Source: an uncultured Desulfobacteraceae bacterium
GTDB lineage: Bacteria; Desulfobacterota; Desulfobacteria; Desulfobacterales; JALSRD01
Assembly: GCA_964476595.1 (NCBI GenBank)
Contig: CAYZCL010000108.1
Location: 214 to 64,213, forward strand
Reading direction: 5' to 3'
Length of the DNA stretch: 64,000 nucleotides
Under the pieces are notes generated by a model. The model saw only the letters and a list, made by a program, of their open reading frames with translations, had not been told where the DNA came from and searched no databases. The position numbers and the translations under genes are program-made. Of this stretch, positions 46,515 to 56,139 are shown piece after piece (the first letter of the stretch is position 1; every line of letters begins with the position of its first letter).

Positions 46515-47606
46515 ATGAACGACGACGCACGCACCGAGACCTTCTCCCGGCGCATGACGAACATCCTCAACCACGCCGCCCTCAACGTGGCCATCGCCGT
46601 GGGATACCGCACGGGCCTGTTCGAAACCCTCAGCCGCCTGAAGGCGCCGCAGACGCCCGGCCGGATCGCCGACGCCGCCGGGTGCAGCGAGCGCTACGTG
46701 CGCGAGTGGCTGGCCGTCATGGGTACCGGCGGTATCGTCGAGATGAGCGCCGACGGCGACGGACGGGTCCGCTACCGCCTGCCTCCCGAGCACGCCGCCT
46801 TCCTGACCCGCGGCGGGGGCGGGGACAACCTGGCCGTCTACACCCAGGAGATCCCGCTGCTGACGACCCAGGTGCTGGAGGACATCGTGGCGGCGTTCGC
46901 CTCCGGCGAGGGGCTGCCCTACGAGAAGTACCCCCGCTTCCAGGCCTTCATGTCCGAGCTGGCCGACAACAAGCACGAGACCCTGCTGGTGGGCGATTTC
47001 CTGCCTTCCATCGAAAGCGGGACCCTGGTCTCGCGCCTGCAGGACGGCATACGGGTTTGCGACCTGGGCTGCGGCCAGGGCGTGGCCCTGGTGCTGATGG
47101 CGGCCGCCTTTCCGGCCAGCCGCTTCACGGGCATCGACATCTCCGGCCGGGCGCTGGCCGAGGCCCGGCGCCGGGCGGCCGAGCACAGGCTGGAAAACGC
47201 GGTCTTTCTGGAGGCCGACGCGGCCGACCCCGAGGCACTGGCGCACCTGGCGGGCGCCTTCGACTACATCACGGCCTTCGACGCCATCCACGATCAGCGG
47301 CGCCCCCTGGCGGCCCTGCGCAACGTGCGCCGCATGCTGGCGCCGGCGGGCCTTTTTTCGATGGTGGACATTGATGCCCACAGCAGCCCGGTGGACAACG
47401 CCGAACACCCCCTGGCACCGTTTCTCTACACCGTCAGCCTGATGCACTGCATGCCGGTGGGCCTCTACCGCGGCGGCCGGGGCCTGGGCATGATGTGGGG
47501 GCGCGAAACCGCGCAGGCCATGCTGCAGGAGGCGGGTTTTTCGCGGGTGGAAGTGCTGACCATGGACTTCGACCCCTTCAACATCCACTTTCTGTGCCGC
47601 CGCTGA
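46515..47606 (+). CDS. Class I SAM methyltransferase with N-terminal winged helix (Rv2258c-like)
   Basis: ERYVREWL, VCDLGCGQG, FTGIDIS, AFDAIHD, YTVSLMHCMPVGL, GLGMMWG. Confidence 0.85.
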   Translation: MNDDARTETFSRRMTNILNHAALNVAIAVGYRTGLFETLSRLKAPQTPGRIADAAGCSERYVREWLAVMGTGGIVEMSADGDGRVRYRLPPEHAAFLTRGGGGDNLAVYTQEIPLLTTQVLEDIVAAFASGEGLPYEKYPRFQAFMSELADNKHETLLVGDFLPSIESGTLVSRLQDGIRVCDLGCGQGVALVLMAAAFPASRFTGIDISGRALAEARRRAAEHRLENAVFLEADAADPEALAHLAGAFDYITAFDAIHDQRRPLAALRNVRRMLAPAGLFSMVDIDAHSSPVDNAEHPLAPFLYTVSLMHCMPVGLYRGGRGLGMMWGRETAQAMLQEAGFSRVEVLTMDFDPFNIHFLCRR

Positions 47607-47667
47607 GGGGCGGCCGCCGCCCACACCGGGGCGATGCCGCACGCGGCGCAACGGGAAACCGAAAAGC

Positions 47668-48156
47668 ATGAGCGACAAGGCGTTTCAAGACTACTACCGC
47701 GAGGAGGGCAGCTGGTGTTACGGCTGCGGGCGGCGCAACGAACACGGCCTGCACATCAAGAGCTACTGGCTGGACGAGGAGCAGAGCGTGTGCCGCTTCA
47801 CACCGCAGCCCTATCACATGGCCATGCCCGGCTACGTCTACGGCGGGCTGATCGCCTCGCTGGTCGACTGCCACGGCACCGGAACCGCGGCCGCGGCCGC
47901 CTACCGGGCGCAAAACCGCCCCATGGACAGCGACCCGCCGCTGCGGTTCGTCACGGCTTCGCTGCACGTGGACTACCTCGAGCCGACGCCCCTGGGCGTC
48001 ACACTGGAACTGCGCGGCCGGGTCGAAGAGATCCGGGGCCGCCGGGTGGTGGTGGCGGTTTCGGTGCTGGCCGGCGAGACCCTCTGTGCCCGGGGGCGGG
48101 TGGTGGCCGTGCAGATCCCCGAGCGCCTGCGGGAGAAAATCGCGCGGGAAAGATAG
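47668..48156 (+). CDS. PaaI/hotdog-fold thioesterase
   Basis: CYGCG, HGLHIKS, YGGLIASLVDCHG, VTASLHVDYL. Confidence 0.85.
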   Translation: MSDKAFQDYYREEGSWCYGCGRRNEHGLHIKSYWLDEEQSVCRFTPQPYHMAMPGYVYGGLIASLVDCHGTGTAAAAAYRAQNRPMDSDPPLRFVTASLHVDYLEPTPLGVTLELRGRVEEIRGRRVVVAVSVLAGETLCARGRVVAVQIPERLREKIARER

Positions 48157-48172
48157 AGGAGAAGCTGCCGGG

Positions 48173-49210
48173 ATGTATAAGAAATTCTTCGGCTTCAAGG
48201 AACGCCCCTTTCAGCTGGTTCCCAATCCCGAGTACCTGTTCCTGAGCAAGAGCCACGAGGAGGCCCTGGCCCACCTGACCTACGGGGAATACGAGGGCGA
48301 CGGCTTCGTGGAGATCACCGGCGAGGTGGGCACCGGCAAGACCACCCTGTGCCGTGTGTTCCTGGAGAATCTCAACAGCGACACGGTGGCGGCCTACATC
48401 TTCAACCCCAAGCTCGACGCCTTGCAGATGCTCAAGGCCATCAACGACGAATTCGGCCTGGATGCCCGCGCCGACAACACCAAGGACCTGATCGACACCC
48501 TCAACCGCTTCCTCATCGAGAAGAAAAAGAAGGGGCAGCGGGTGATCGTGATCATCGACGAGGCCCAGAACCTCTCCAAGCCGGTGCTGGAGCAGTTGCG
48601 CCTGCTGTCCAACCTGGAAACCACCACCAGCAAACTGCTGCAGATCTTCCTGGTGGGCCAGCCGGAGCTGGCCGAGATGCTGGACTCGGCCGAACTGCGC
48701 CAGCTGGGGCAGCGCATCAGCCTGAGCGCGCACCTCGTGCCGTTGTCCTTCCGGGAGACGTGCGAATACATCGAGCACCGCATCCACATCGCATCGGCCC
48801 AAAAGCCCAAGGCGAAGTTCACGCGCGCGGCCATGCGCCGCATCTACCGCTTTTCCGGCGGCATCCCCCGCCTGATCAACATCGCCTGCAACCGGGCGCT
48901 GCTCACAGCCTTCGGCCTCGGCCAGCACACCATCACCAGGCGCATCGCCGAGATCTCCATCCGCGAACTGACGGCCCGCGCCGGCTTCGGCAAGGGCACA
49001 CCGTCAACCTCGCCGCTGATGGTGCTGGCGCTGGCGTTTGTCTGCCTGGCGCTGGTCGTGGTGGTGCTCCTGCGCTTCGACATCATCAGGCTGCCGCAGT
49101 TTACCGATCAGCCGGCCGTGACCCGGCAGGTGCCGGCGGACAGCCCCGCCCACGGGGGGCCGGCCCCGGAAGCAGGCCGCCGCCCGACCGCCCCGGGGGC
49201 CAACCCGTGA
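48173..49210 (+). CDS. ExeA/GspA-family AAA ATPase, short form with TM but no peptidoglycan-binding domain
   Basis: MYKKFFGFKERPF, GEVGTGKTT, IIDEAQNL, LVGQPEL, GGIPRLIN. Confidence 0.9.
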   Translation: MYKKFFGFKERPFQLVPNPEYLFLSKSHEEALAHLTYGEYEGDGFVEITGEVGTGKTTLCRVFLENLNSDTVAAYIFNPKLDALQMLKAINDEFGLDARADNTKDLIDTLNRFLIEKKKKGQRVIVIIDEAQNLSKPVLEQLRLLSNLETTTSKLLQIFLVGQPELAEMLDSAELRQLGQRISLSAHLVPLSFRETCEYIEHRIHIASAQKPKAKFTRAAMRRIYRFSGGIPRLINIACNRALLTAFGLGQHTITRRIAEISIRELTARAGFGKGTPSTSPLMVLALAFVCLALVVVVLLRFDIIRLPQFTDQPAVTRQVPADSPAHGGPAPEAGRRPTAPGANP

Positions 49211-49267
49211 AAACGCCTGCACCCGTGCGCATCCGCAAACGAGACGGCCAATGAGAAAACGTCAGCC

Positions 49268-50020
49268 GTGAGTTCGATACTGGAGGCACTGAAAAAAGCC
49301 GAAGCCGAGTCCCCCTCGCGGGACCCCGTGCAGGTGCGCGCGGGCAAGCTGACGCTGGGCGTCCAGCGGACCCCGTCGCCCCGCCGGCGCCTGGGGTGGA
49401 TCGCACCGGCCGGGGTGCTGCTGCTGGCGGCCGCCGGCGCACTGTGGCTTTTCAGACCGCAGCACCGGGTGCAAAGCGCCGCCAACGTCCAGGCCTACCG
49501 CATCACGGCGCCGGACGGACCCCGGACGCCCCCCGCACGGACCGCCCCGAAGGCGACGGCCGGCGGCGGGAGCACGAACCAGGCCGGCGGGCCCGAAACC
49601 CGTGCCGCGGGGCACGCCGCGGCGCCGCCTTCCGCCCATTCGAACGCCGCGCGGACGGCGGCACCGGCAGTGCGCCGCCCGCAATCCCCGCCCCCGCAAC
49701 AGCGGACGCAGGTCCGGCGGGCGCCCGCCCCGGCCCGGCAGCCCCGCCCGGCCGCCGGCACCGCGCCGCGCACCACGGGAACCGCCCGGTCCGCACGCCG
49801 CGCCCCGGCCGAACCCGTCTACGAAACCAGTTCCTCCGGCCTCACGCTGCAGGCCATCGCCTGGGACCCCGACGCGCGCAAGCGCTTCGCGGTGGTTAAC
49901 AACCAGATCGTGCGCGAGGGGCAGAGCGTGAACGGCAAGCTGGTGGAGCGCATCGCCGAGGACCGGATCATCGTGGCGCGCGGGGGTCGACGCTGGAAGA
50001 TCGAATTCCGCATCGACTAG
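49268..50020 (+). CDS. GspB/ExeB-like protein
   Basis: MSSILEALKKAE, TM, Pro/Ala/Arg linker, LQAIAW..FAVVNNQIVREG..VERIAEDRI. Confidence 0.8.
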   Translation: MSSILEALKKAEAESPSRDPVQVRAGKLTLGVQRTPSPRRRLGWIAPAGVLLLAAAGALWLFRPQHRVQSAANVQAYRITAPDGPRTPPARTAPKATAGGGSTNQAGGPETRAAGHAAAPPSAHSNAARTAAPAVRRPQSPPPQQRTQVRRAPAPARQPRPAAGTAPRTTGTARSARRAPAEPVYETSSSGLTLQAIAWDPDARKRFAVVNNQIVREGQSVNGKLVERIAEDRIIVARGGRRWKIEFRID

Positions 50021-50106
50021 GGAACGGCGGTGGCTCAAGAAAAACCCGGAAAGTGCGGAAAAAAGCCAGGGGGCCAATGCGTGACCGCACGGAAGGATCG
50101 AGAATA

Positions 50107-51117
50107 ATGCTGCACGAGCGCCGACACCACATCCTGGTGGTCGATGACGAGGACCTGATACGCGACATCCTGCGCGAGGGCCTGGAGCAGGCCGGGTACG
50201 AATGCCGCACGGCCGCCGACGGCCTCGAGGCCCTGGAGATTCTCGAACACGAACCCGTCGACGTGGTCATCACCGACATTTCCATGCCGCGTCTGGACGG
50301 CATCCAACTGGCCGACCGCATCCACCGCAGCCACAGCGCCGACGTCATCGTGATGACCGGCTTCGCCGAAAACCTGAGCTACGAGGACATCATCGCGCGC
50401 GGCGCCAGCGACTTCATCCAGAAACCGGTGGGGGTGCGCGAAATCATCCTGCGCCTGGAACGGGTCATCCGCGAACGCACCATCTCTTCCGAGCAGCGGC
50501 GCACCGAGGAGGAACTGCGCAGCAGCCTGCAGAAACTGCGGCGGGTGCTCAGCCAGACGGTCAACGCGCTGGCCTCGTCGCTGGAAAAACGCGACCCCTA
50601 CACCGCCGGCCACCAGCAGCGCGTGGCGCGCCTGGCCCACGCCGTGGCGCTGGAGATGGGACTGCCCGAAGAACAGGCCGAGGGTATCCGCATCGCCGGC
50701 ATCCTGCACGACATCGGCAAGATCTCGGTGCCCACCGGCATCCTCACCAAGCCGGGGAGGTTGAGCGTCAACGAGTTCAACCTCATCAAGGAACACCCCC
50801 AGGTGGGTTACGACATCCTCAAGGACATCGAGTTCGACCCGCCCGTGGCCACCAGCATCATCCAGCACCACGAGCGCCTCGACGGCAGCGGCTATCCATC
50901 GGGGATGGCGGCCGGGGACATCATCATGGAGGCCCGCATCCTGGCCGTCACCGACGTGGTGGAGGCCATGGCCTCCCACCGCCCCTACCGCCCCAGCCTG
51001 GGCGTGGACCGCGCGCTGGCCGAAATCGCCGCCCACAGCGGCACCCTCTACGACCCGGATGTCGTAAAGGCCTGTCTCACGTTATTCGAGCAACACCGCG
51101 ATTTTTTTGATAAATAA
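50107..51117 (+). CDS. Response regulator with HD-GYP (c-di-GMP phosphodiesterase) domain
   Basis: LVVDDE, TDISMP, KP; TAGHQQRV, LHDIGK, HHERLDGSGYP, HRPYR. Confidence 0.93.
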   Translation: MLHERRHHILVVDDEDLIRDILREGLEQAGYECRTAADGLEALEILEHEPVDVVITDISMPRLDGIQLADRIHRSHSADVIVMTGFAENLSYEDIIARGASDFIQKPVGVREIILRLERVIRERTISSEQRRTEEELRSSLQKLRRVLSQTVNALASSLEKRDPYTAGHQQRVARLAHAVALEMGLPEEQAEGIRIAGILHDIGKISVPTGILTKPGRLSVNEFNLIKEHPQVGYDILKDIEFDPPVATSIIQHHERLDGSGYPSGMAAGDIIMEARILAVTDVVEAMASHRPYRPSLGVDRALAEIAAHSGTLYDPDVVKACLTLFEQHRDFFDK

Positions 51118-51161
51118 TCTTACACTGGGTATCGCACGGCATCCCCCTCGAGGGCGATTTC

Positions 51162-51986
51162 TCAGGCACCGTCCCGCAGGTATCGCACCGCGTTGCGGAA
51201 CAGCTGCACGCCGATACCCTCCGGGGGCGGCTCCGGTTCCCCGGCCCGCAGGCGGCGCCGGCGATCCAGGTTCCAGTCGGGGTGGTTGGCGAAGTGGTTG
51301 AAGGCCTCGGGGTGGGGCATCAGGCCGAACACGCGCCCGCTGGGGTCGCAGATGCCGGCGATGTCGCCCAGCGAACCGTTGGGGTTGTCGGGGAACCGGC
51401 CTTCGGCGGGGCGACCGTCACCGCCGGCGTACTGCATGACCACCTGGTTTTGCGCGAAGAGGCGCGTGACGACCTCCTCGTCAGCGGTGAACTTGCCCTC
51501 GCCGTGTCGCACCGGCAGCGCGATGCGCTCCAGGCCGCGGGTGAAGACGCAAGGCGACGCCGGGTTGACCTTCAGGTCGACCCACTGGTCCCGGAAATTA
51601 CCGCAGTCGTTGGCCGTCAGCGCCACGCAGCGCTCGCCGTAGCGCCCGTCGAAACCCGGCAGCAGGCCGAAGTTGGCCAGGGTCTGGAAGCCGTTGCAGA
51701 TGCCTATCACCAGGTTGCCGGCCTCGATGAAGGCCAGGATGCGCTCGCCGATGTGGGTCTTGAGCCGCACGGCCTGCAGCACCCCGGCGCCGTGGTCGTC
51801 GCCCCAGCTGAAGCCGCCGCCGAAGACCAGGATGCGGCAGTCGTCCAGGCGGTCCGGCTCGGCGATGAGGGCGTTGATGTGGGTGCGCCGCACCCGCGCG
51901 CCGGCCAGTTCCAAGGCGTAGGCCGTTTCCAGGTCGCAGTTGAGGCCGAAGCCCGTCAGCACCATTGCGTTGACGTCACGAGTCAT
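51162..51986 (-). CDS. purQ: FGAM synthase glutaminase subunit
   Basis: GLNCDLET, GGFSWGD, GICNGFQ, HGEG, GLMPHPE. Confidence 0.95.
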   Translation of the reverse strand: MTRDVNAMVLTGFGLNCDLETAYALELAGARVRRTHINALIAEPDRLDDCRILVFGGGFSWGDDHGAGVLQAVRLKTHIGERILAFIEAGNLVIGICNGFQTLANFGLLPGFDGRYGERCVALTANDCGNFRDQWVDLKVNPASPCVFTRGLERIALPVRHGEGKFTADEEVVTRLFAQNQVVMQYAGGDGRPAEGRFPDNPNGSLGDIAGICDPSGRVFGLMPHPEAFNHFANHPDWNLDRRRRLRAGEPEPPPEGIGVQLFRNAVRYLRDGA

Positions 51987-54979
51987 CACAGTTCTCCAAA
52001 CGGGGCCTTCCAGGCCCTTCTGAGGCCGTCCAGTCCCGCATCCACGATGGTTTCCCCCGCCAGCCCGGTAATGCGCAGCCGCCTGTCGGCGGTAACGCGG
52101 CCGACGTCGGCCAGCGGCAATCCCCTGAAGCGCTCCTCGAAGGCGCCGCGGTCGTCGGGTGCCACGGTGACGATGAAGCGGCCGGCCGACTCCGAAAACA
52201 GCAGGCGGTCGTCGCGCACACAGTCCTCGGCCGGCACGCGGCGCAGGTCCACGTCCATGCCCAGGTCGGCCGCCAGGGCCACCAGGGCCAGGTGCACGCC
52301 CAGGCCGCCGCTGTAGACGCCGTGCACCGAGGCGGCCAGGTCGGCGGCCACGGCCCCCGACAGCGCCCGGTACAGGGGCGCAAAATCGTCGGGGCGCACG
52401 CGCGGCACACGCAGCCCGGTGAAGCCCAGGTGGGCGAAATACTCGGACCCGCCCAGTTCGTCGCGCGTCGTGCCCAGCAGGTAAACCCGGTCGCCTTCGA
52501 ACTTGCTCTCCAGGGTGGTGCAGCGTGTGATGTCCTCGATCACCGCGACGGCCGAAAACTGCAGTGTCTCCAGGGCCGAGACCTTGCGCGTCTCGCCGTA
52601 GGGCCCGGCCAGGTGTCCGTCGACGTACATGCTGTCCTTTCCGGAGAGCAGCGGGATGCCGTAGGCCAGGCACAGGTCTTTGAGCGCGCGGCAGGAACGC
52701 ACCAGCTGCGCGGCCTTGAAGCGCCCGTCCGGGTTGCCCGCCGGGTCGTAGCCGATGCTCGGCCAGCAGAAATTGTCCACCCCGCCGATGTGTTCGGGGT
52801 CAGCGCCCACGGCCACCAGCCGTCGCACGGCCTCGTCGATGGTACAGGCCGTCATGTGGTAGGCGTCGATGGCCGAGTAGGCGGGCAGCAGCGCCTGGGA
52901 AAAGGCCAGCCCGCGGGGCGAGTCCAGCACCGGCCGGATAACGGCCGCATCCGAGGGCACGTCGCGCCGGCGGCCCACCAGGGGCTTGACGATGCTCGAG
53001 CCCTGCACCTCGTGGTCGTACTGGCGGGTGATCCACTCCTTGCTGCACAGGTTGGGGCGCGCCAGCATGTCGGCCAGCAGGCGATCGTAGTCACGGGGCG
53101 CCCCGATGACGGGTTCGCACAGGCCGCGGCTTTCGGGCGAACGCCAGTGGGCGTCGAACTCCCACTGCGGAAAGCCGGCCGTCAACAGGTCCAGGTCCAC
53201 GTAGGCGCAGGTCTCGCCTTTCCAGGTGACGTGCAGCTTGCCCGAGTCGGTGTAGCGGCCGATGACGGTGCTCTCGACGGCGTGCAGCCGCGAGAGCGCC
53301 ATGAAGCGCTCCAGGTCTTCGGGGGCGATGGCGACCGTCATGCGCTCCTGGGACTCGGACACCCAGATCTCCCACTGGTCCAGACCCTCGTACTTGAGCG
53401 GCACGCGGTCCAGCTCGACCTCGCAGCCGCCGGCGAAACGCGCCGACTCGCCGATGGACGAGGACAGTCCGCCGCCGCCGTTGTCGGTGATGAAGCGGAT
53501 CAGACCCTGGTCGCGGGCCTCTATCAGGAAGTCGTGCATCTTCTTCTGGGTGTAGGGGTCGCCGATCTGCACGTGTCCGGCGGGCGTGTTCTCGCTGAAG
53601 ACCTCGGATGAGGCCGTCACGCCGTGGATGCCGTCTTTTCCCACGCGGCCGCCGCACATGATGATCAGGTCTCCCGGGCGGGTGCGCTTCTCGTGCGAGG
53701 GGCGCCCGGCCACTTCGGCCGGCATCATGCCCACGGCGGTCACGAAGACCAGGGACTTTCCGATGTAGCCGGGGTCGAAGAGCACCTGTCCGAAGGTGGT
53801 CGGCACGCCGCTCTTATTGCCGCCGTCGCGCACACCCTCGATGACACCGTCCAGCAATCGGCGGGGGTGCAGGTGGGGCCTGAGGTCCCCGTCGTAGTCC
53901 CGCGGCCCCACGCAGAAGCCGTAGCTGCCCATCACCAGGCGGGCGCCCAGGCCGGTGCCCATGGGGTCGCGGTAGACGCCCACGATGCCGGTGATGGCGC
54001 CGCCGTAAGCCTCCATGTTGGACGGCGAGTTGTGGGTCTCGCCGGTGATGACGTAGAGGTTATCGTCGTCGAAGCGCCCCACGCCGGCATTGTCCCAGAG
54101 CACCGAGACCACCCAGTCCTTGCGCTTCTGCAGCGCCAGGGTGGGCGCCTCGATGCAGGTCTTGAAAAGACTGTCGACGGTCTCGCTCTCGCCGCTGTCC
54201 AGGTCACGGTAGCGGAAGAGACCGCGGAAGGTGTTGTGGTTGCAGTGGTCGCTGCGGGCCTGGGAGATGTACTCCAGCTCGAGATCGGTGGGGTCCGAGA
54301 GCCCCACCGCGGCGCGCGCCCGGCGCACCTCGGGGTCCAGGAAGTAGGCCCGGATGGTGGGGATGTCGGCCGGGTTGAGCGCCAGGTTGCGGCGGTCGCT
54401 GATGCGCCGCAGCTCCTCGTCGCTGCCGATGGAGATCACCTCCACCGTGGGCGTGTGGTCCAGCACCACCCTGGGCACGTTCGGCCCCACGCCCTGCCGC
54501 GGGTCCCAGCCGGCGGCGTCGATGACCTTCCAGCGCTGGATGATGTCGTTGGCCAGCAGTTCGGCGGCGATGCGGGCGGCGCCCTCGCGGTCCAGGTTTC
54601 CGCCGCGCACGCAGTAGCGCCGCGAGGTGTAGACGGCCTCGCCCTCGGCCAGGCGGATGCCCAGCACGTCTTCCAGGGCTTCGGCGGCCGTGCTGCCGGG
54701 GTTGTCGCGCACGCCGGGGCGGTACCCCACCCAAATGGTCCAGTCGAAGTCCACCGCCAGGGGGCGGTAGGAGGAGACCTGGGTGACGGGGTTGGTGAAG
54801 ACCTCCCGCCGGAGGATCTCGCGCTGTGCGTCCGTCAGGCGTACGTCGAAGGTGACGATGTGCACGGTGCGCACGGCGGACAGTTCGAAGCCGAAGTAGT
54901 CGCGGGCCTTGCGTCGGATGGCCTCGCCTTCGGCGTCCAGCAGGTGCGGTTTGAGGGTGATTTCCAGCTGAAAGGGCAT
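51986..54979 (-). CDS. purL: FGAM synthase subunit PurL with PurS-like N-terminal domains
   Basis: SDHCNHNTF, ETHNSPS, GGRVGKDGIHG, DNGGGGLSS, SESQERM, SGKDS. Confidence 0.95.
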   Translation of the reverse strand: MPFQLEITLKPHLLDAEGEAIRRKARDYFGFELSAVRTVHIVTFDVRLTDAQREILRREVFTNPVTQVSSYRPLAVDFDWTIWVGYRPGVRDNPGSTAAEALEDVLGIRLAEGEAVYTSRRYCVRGGNLDREGAARIAAELLANDIIQRWKVIDAAGWDPRQGVGPNVPRVVLDHTPTVEVISIGSDEELRRISDRRNLALNPADIPTIRAYFLDPEVRRARAAVGLSDPTDLELEYISQARSDHCNHNTFRGLFRYRDLDSGESETVDSLFKTCIEAPTLALQKRKDWVVSVLWDNAGVGRFDDDNLYVITGETHNSPSNMEAYGGAITGIVGVYRDPMGTGLGARLVMGSYGFCVGPRDYDGDLRPHLHPRRLLDGVIEGVRDGGNKSGVPTTFGQVLFDPGYIGKSLVFVTAVGMMPAEVAGRPSHEKRTRPGDLIIMCGGRVGKDGIHGVTASSEVFSENTPAGHVQIGDPYTQKKMHDFLIEARDQGLIRFITDNGGGGLSSSIGESARFAGGCEVELDRVPLKYEGLDQWEIWVSESQERMTVAIAPEDLERFMALSRLHAVESTVIGRYTDSGKLHVTWKGETCAYVDLDLLTAGFPQWEFDAHWRSPESRGLCEPVIGAPRDYDRLLADMLARPNLCSKEWITRQYDHEVQGSSIVKPLVGRRRDVPSDAAVIRPVLDSPRGLAFSQALLPAYSAIDAYHMTACTIDEAVRRLVAVGADPEHIGGVDNFCWPSIGYDPAGNPDGRFKAAQLVRSCRALKDLCLAYGIPLLSGKDSMYVDGHLAGPYGETRKVSALETLQFSAVAVIEDITRCTTLESKFEGDRVYLLGTTRDELGGSEYFAHLGFTGLRVPRVRPDDFAPLYRALSGAVAADLAASVHGVYSGGLGVHLALVALAADLGMDVDLRRVPAEDCVRDDRLLFSESAGRFIVTVAPDDRGAFEERFRGLPLADVGRVTADRRLRITGLAGETIVDAGLDGLRRAWKAPFGEL

Positions 54980-55067
54980 GGCGGCGGGCTCCGCGTTTTG
55001 GGGTTGGATTGCCGGCAGGGGGCCGTGCGCGGCGGCCCCGGTGCTGTCTTTCGGCGGCGTGGCCGGG

Positions 55068-56135
55068 CTAGCTGAAGAACATGCGCGTGATGTCATTGTA
55101 AAACACGAAAATCATCAGCAGAATCAGAATGAAAATGCCGGCCTGCTGGGCGATCTCGCGGGCGCGCAGGCTCAGCGGGCGCCGCAGGACGGCCTCGATG
55201 GTGAAAAACATCAGGTGGCCGCCGTCGAGCACCGGGATGGGCAGAAAGTTGAGGATCGCCAGGTTGATGCTCAGCAGCGCGATGAAGAAGGCCAGGTTGG
55301 AGGTCCCCTCCTTGGCCTGCTGCCCGGCCATTTCGGCGATCATCAGCGGCCCGCCCAGGGTCTTGGCCGACACGCTGCCCTGGATCAGCTTGACGACGCT
55401 GAGCACGGTCAGCCTGGTGATCTGCCAGGTCTGCACCACGCTCTGGCCCATGGCCTCCAGCGGTCCCAGCGTCACGGCGCGGGTGTCCCCGGCCGAGGTG
55501 ATACCGATCACGTAGCGCGAGATTTCCTCGCCGAAGATGTTGCGTGTCTTGGTCGGCTCGGGTGTCACCGTCAGCGCCAGCTCCTGCCCGTCGCGACGCA
55601 CGGTCAGCGTCAGCGGCCGGCCGCCGCTTCCCGTGATCACGCCGGCCATCTGCTCCCAGGTGTCCACCGGCCGTCCGTCGATGGCCACGATGCGGTCGCC
55701 GTTCTGCAGGCCGGCCCGCGCGGCCGGAGAGTCCGGCGTCACCTTGCCCACGGTGGGCTGCAGCACGAAGGTGCCGGAGACCAGGAAGAGCACGAAGAAG
55801 ATGACCACCGCCAGCAGGATGTTGAACACCGGTCCGGCGGCCACGATCAGGAAACGGCGGGTCAGGGATTTGTGGGTGAAAGACAGCGGCAGCAGCTCCG
55901 GGGGCACCTCGACGTCGGGCTCGTCGCCCACCATCTTGACGTAGCCGCCCAGCGGAATGGCGGAAATACGGTAGTCCGTCAGCCCGATCTTTTTGCCCAC
56001 GATGCGCGGGCCGAAGCCCAGGGAGAACTTCTCGACCCCCACGCCGCACAGGCGCGCCACGATGAAATGGCCGAACTCGTGCACGAAGATGAGCACACCC
56101 AGCACGATGATGAAGGCAAAGACACTGGTGGTCAT
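55068..56135 (-). CDS. rseP: RIP metalloprotease RseP
   Basis: HEFGH, GGYVKM, AGPVFN, PDZ, NFLPIPVLDGG. Confidence 0.97.
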   Translation of the reverse strand: MTTSVFAFIIVLGVLIFVHEFGHFIVARLCGVGVEKFSLGFGPRIVGKKIGLTDYRISAIPLGGYVKMVGDEPDVEVPPELLPLSFTHKSLTRRFLIVAAGPVFNILLAVVIFFVLFLVSGTFVLQPTVGKVTPDSPAARAGLQNGDRIVAIDGRPVDTWEQMAGVITGSGGRPLTLTVRRDGQELALTVTPEPTKTRNIFGEEISRYVIGITSAGDTRAVTLGPLEAMGQSVVQTWQITRLTVLSVVKLIQGSVSAKTLGGPLMIAEMAGQQAKEGTSNLAFFIALLSINLAILNFLPIPVLDGGHLMFFTIEAVLRRPLSLRAREIAQQAGIFILILLMIFVFYNDITRMFFS

Positions 56136-56139
56136 GAGG

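Noticed and set aside
49190-49267. Frameshift hiding an ExeA peptidoglycan-binding domain
   Set aside because: The alternative frame adds only about 15 codons before a stop at 49254 and gspB starts at 49268, so there is no room
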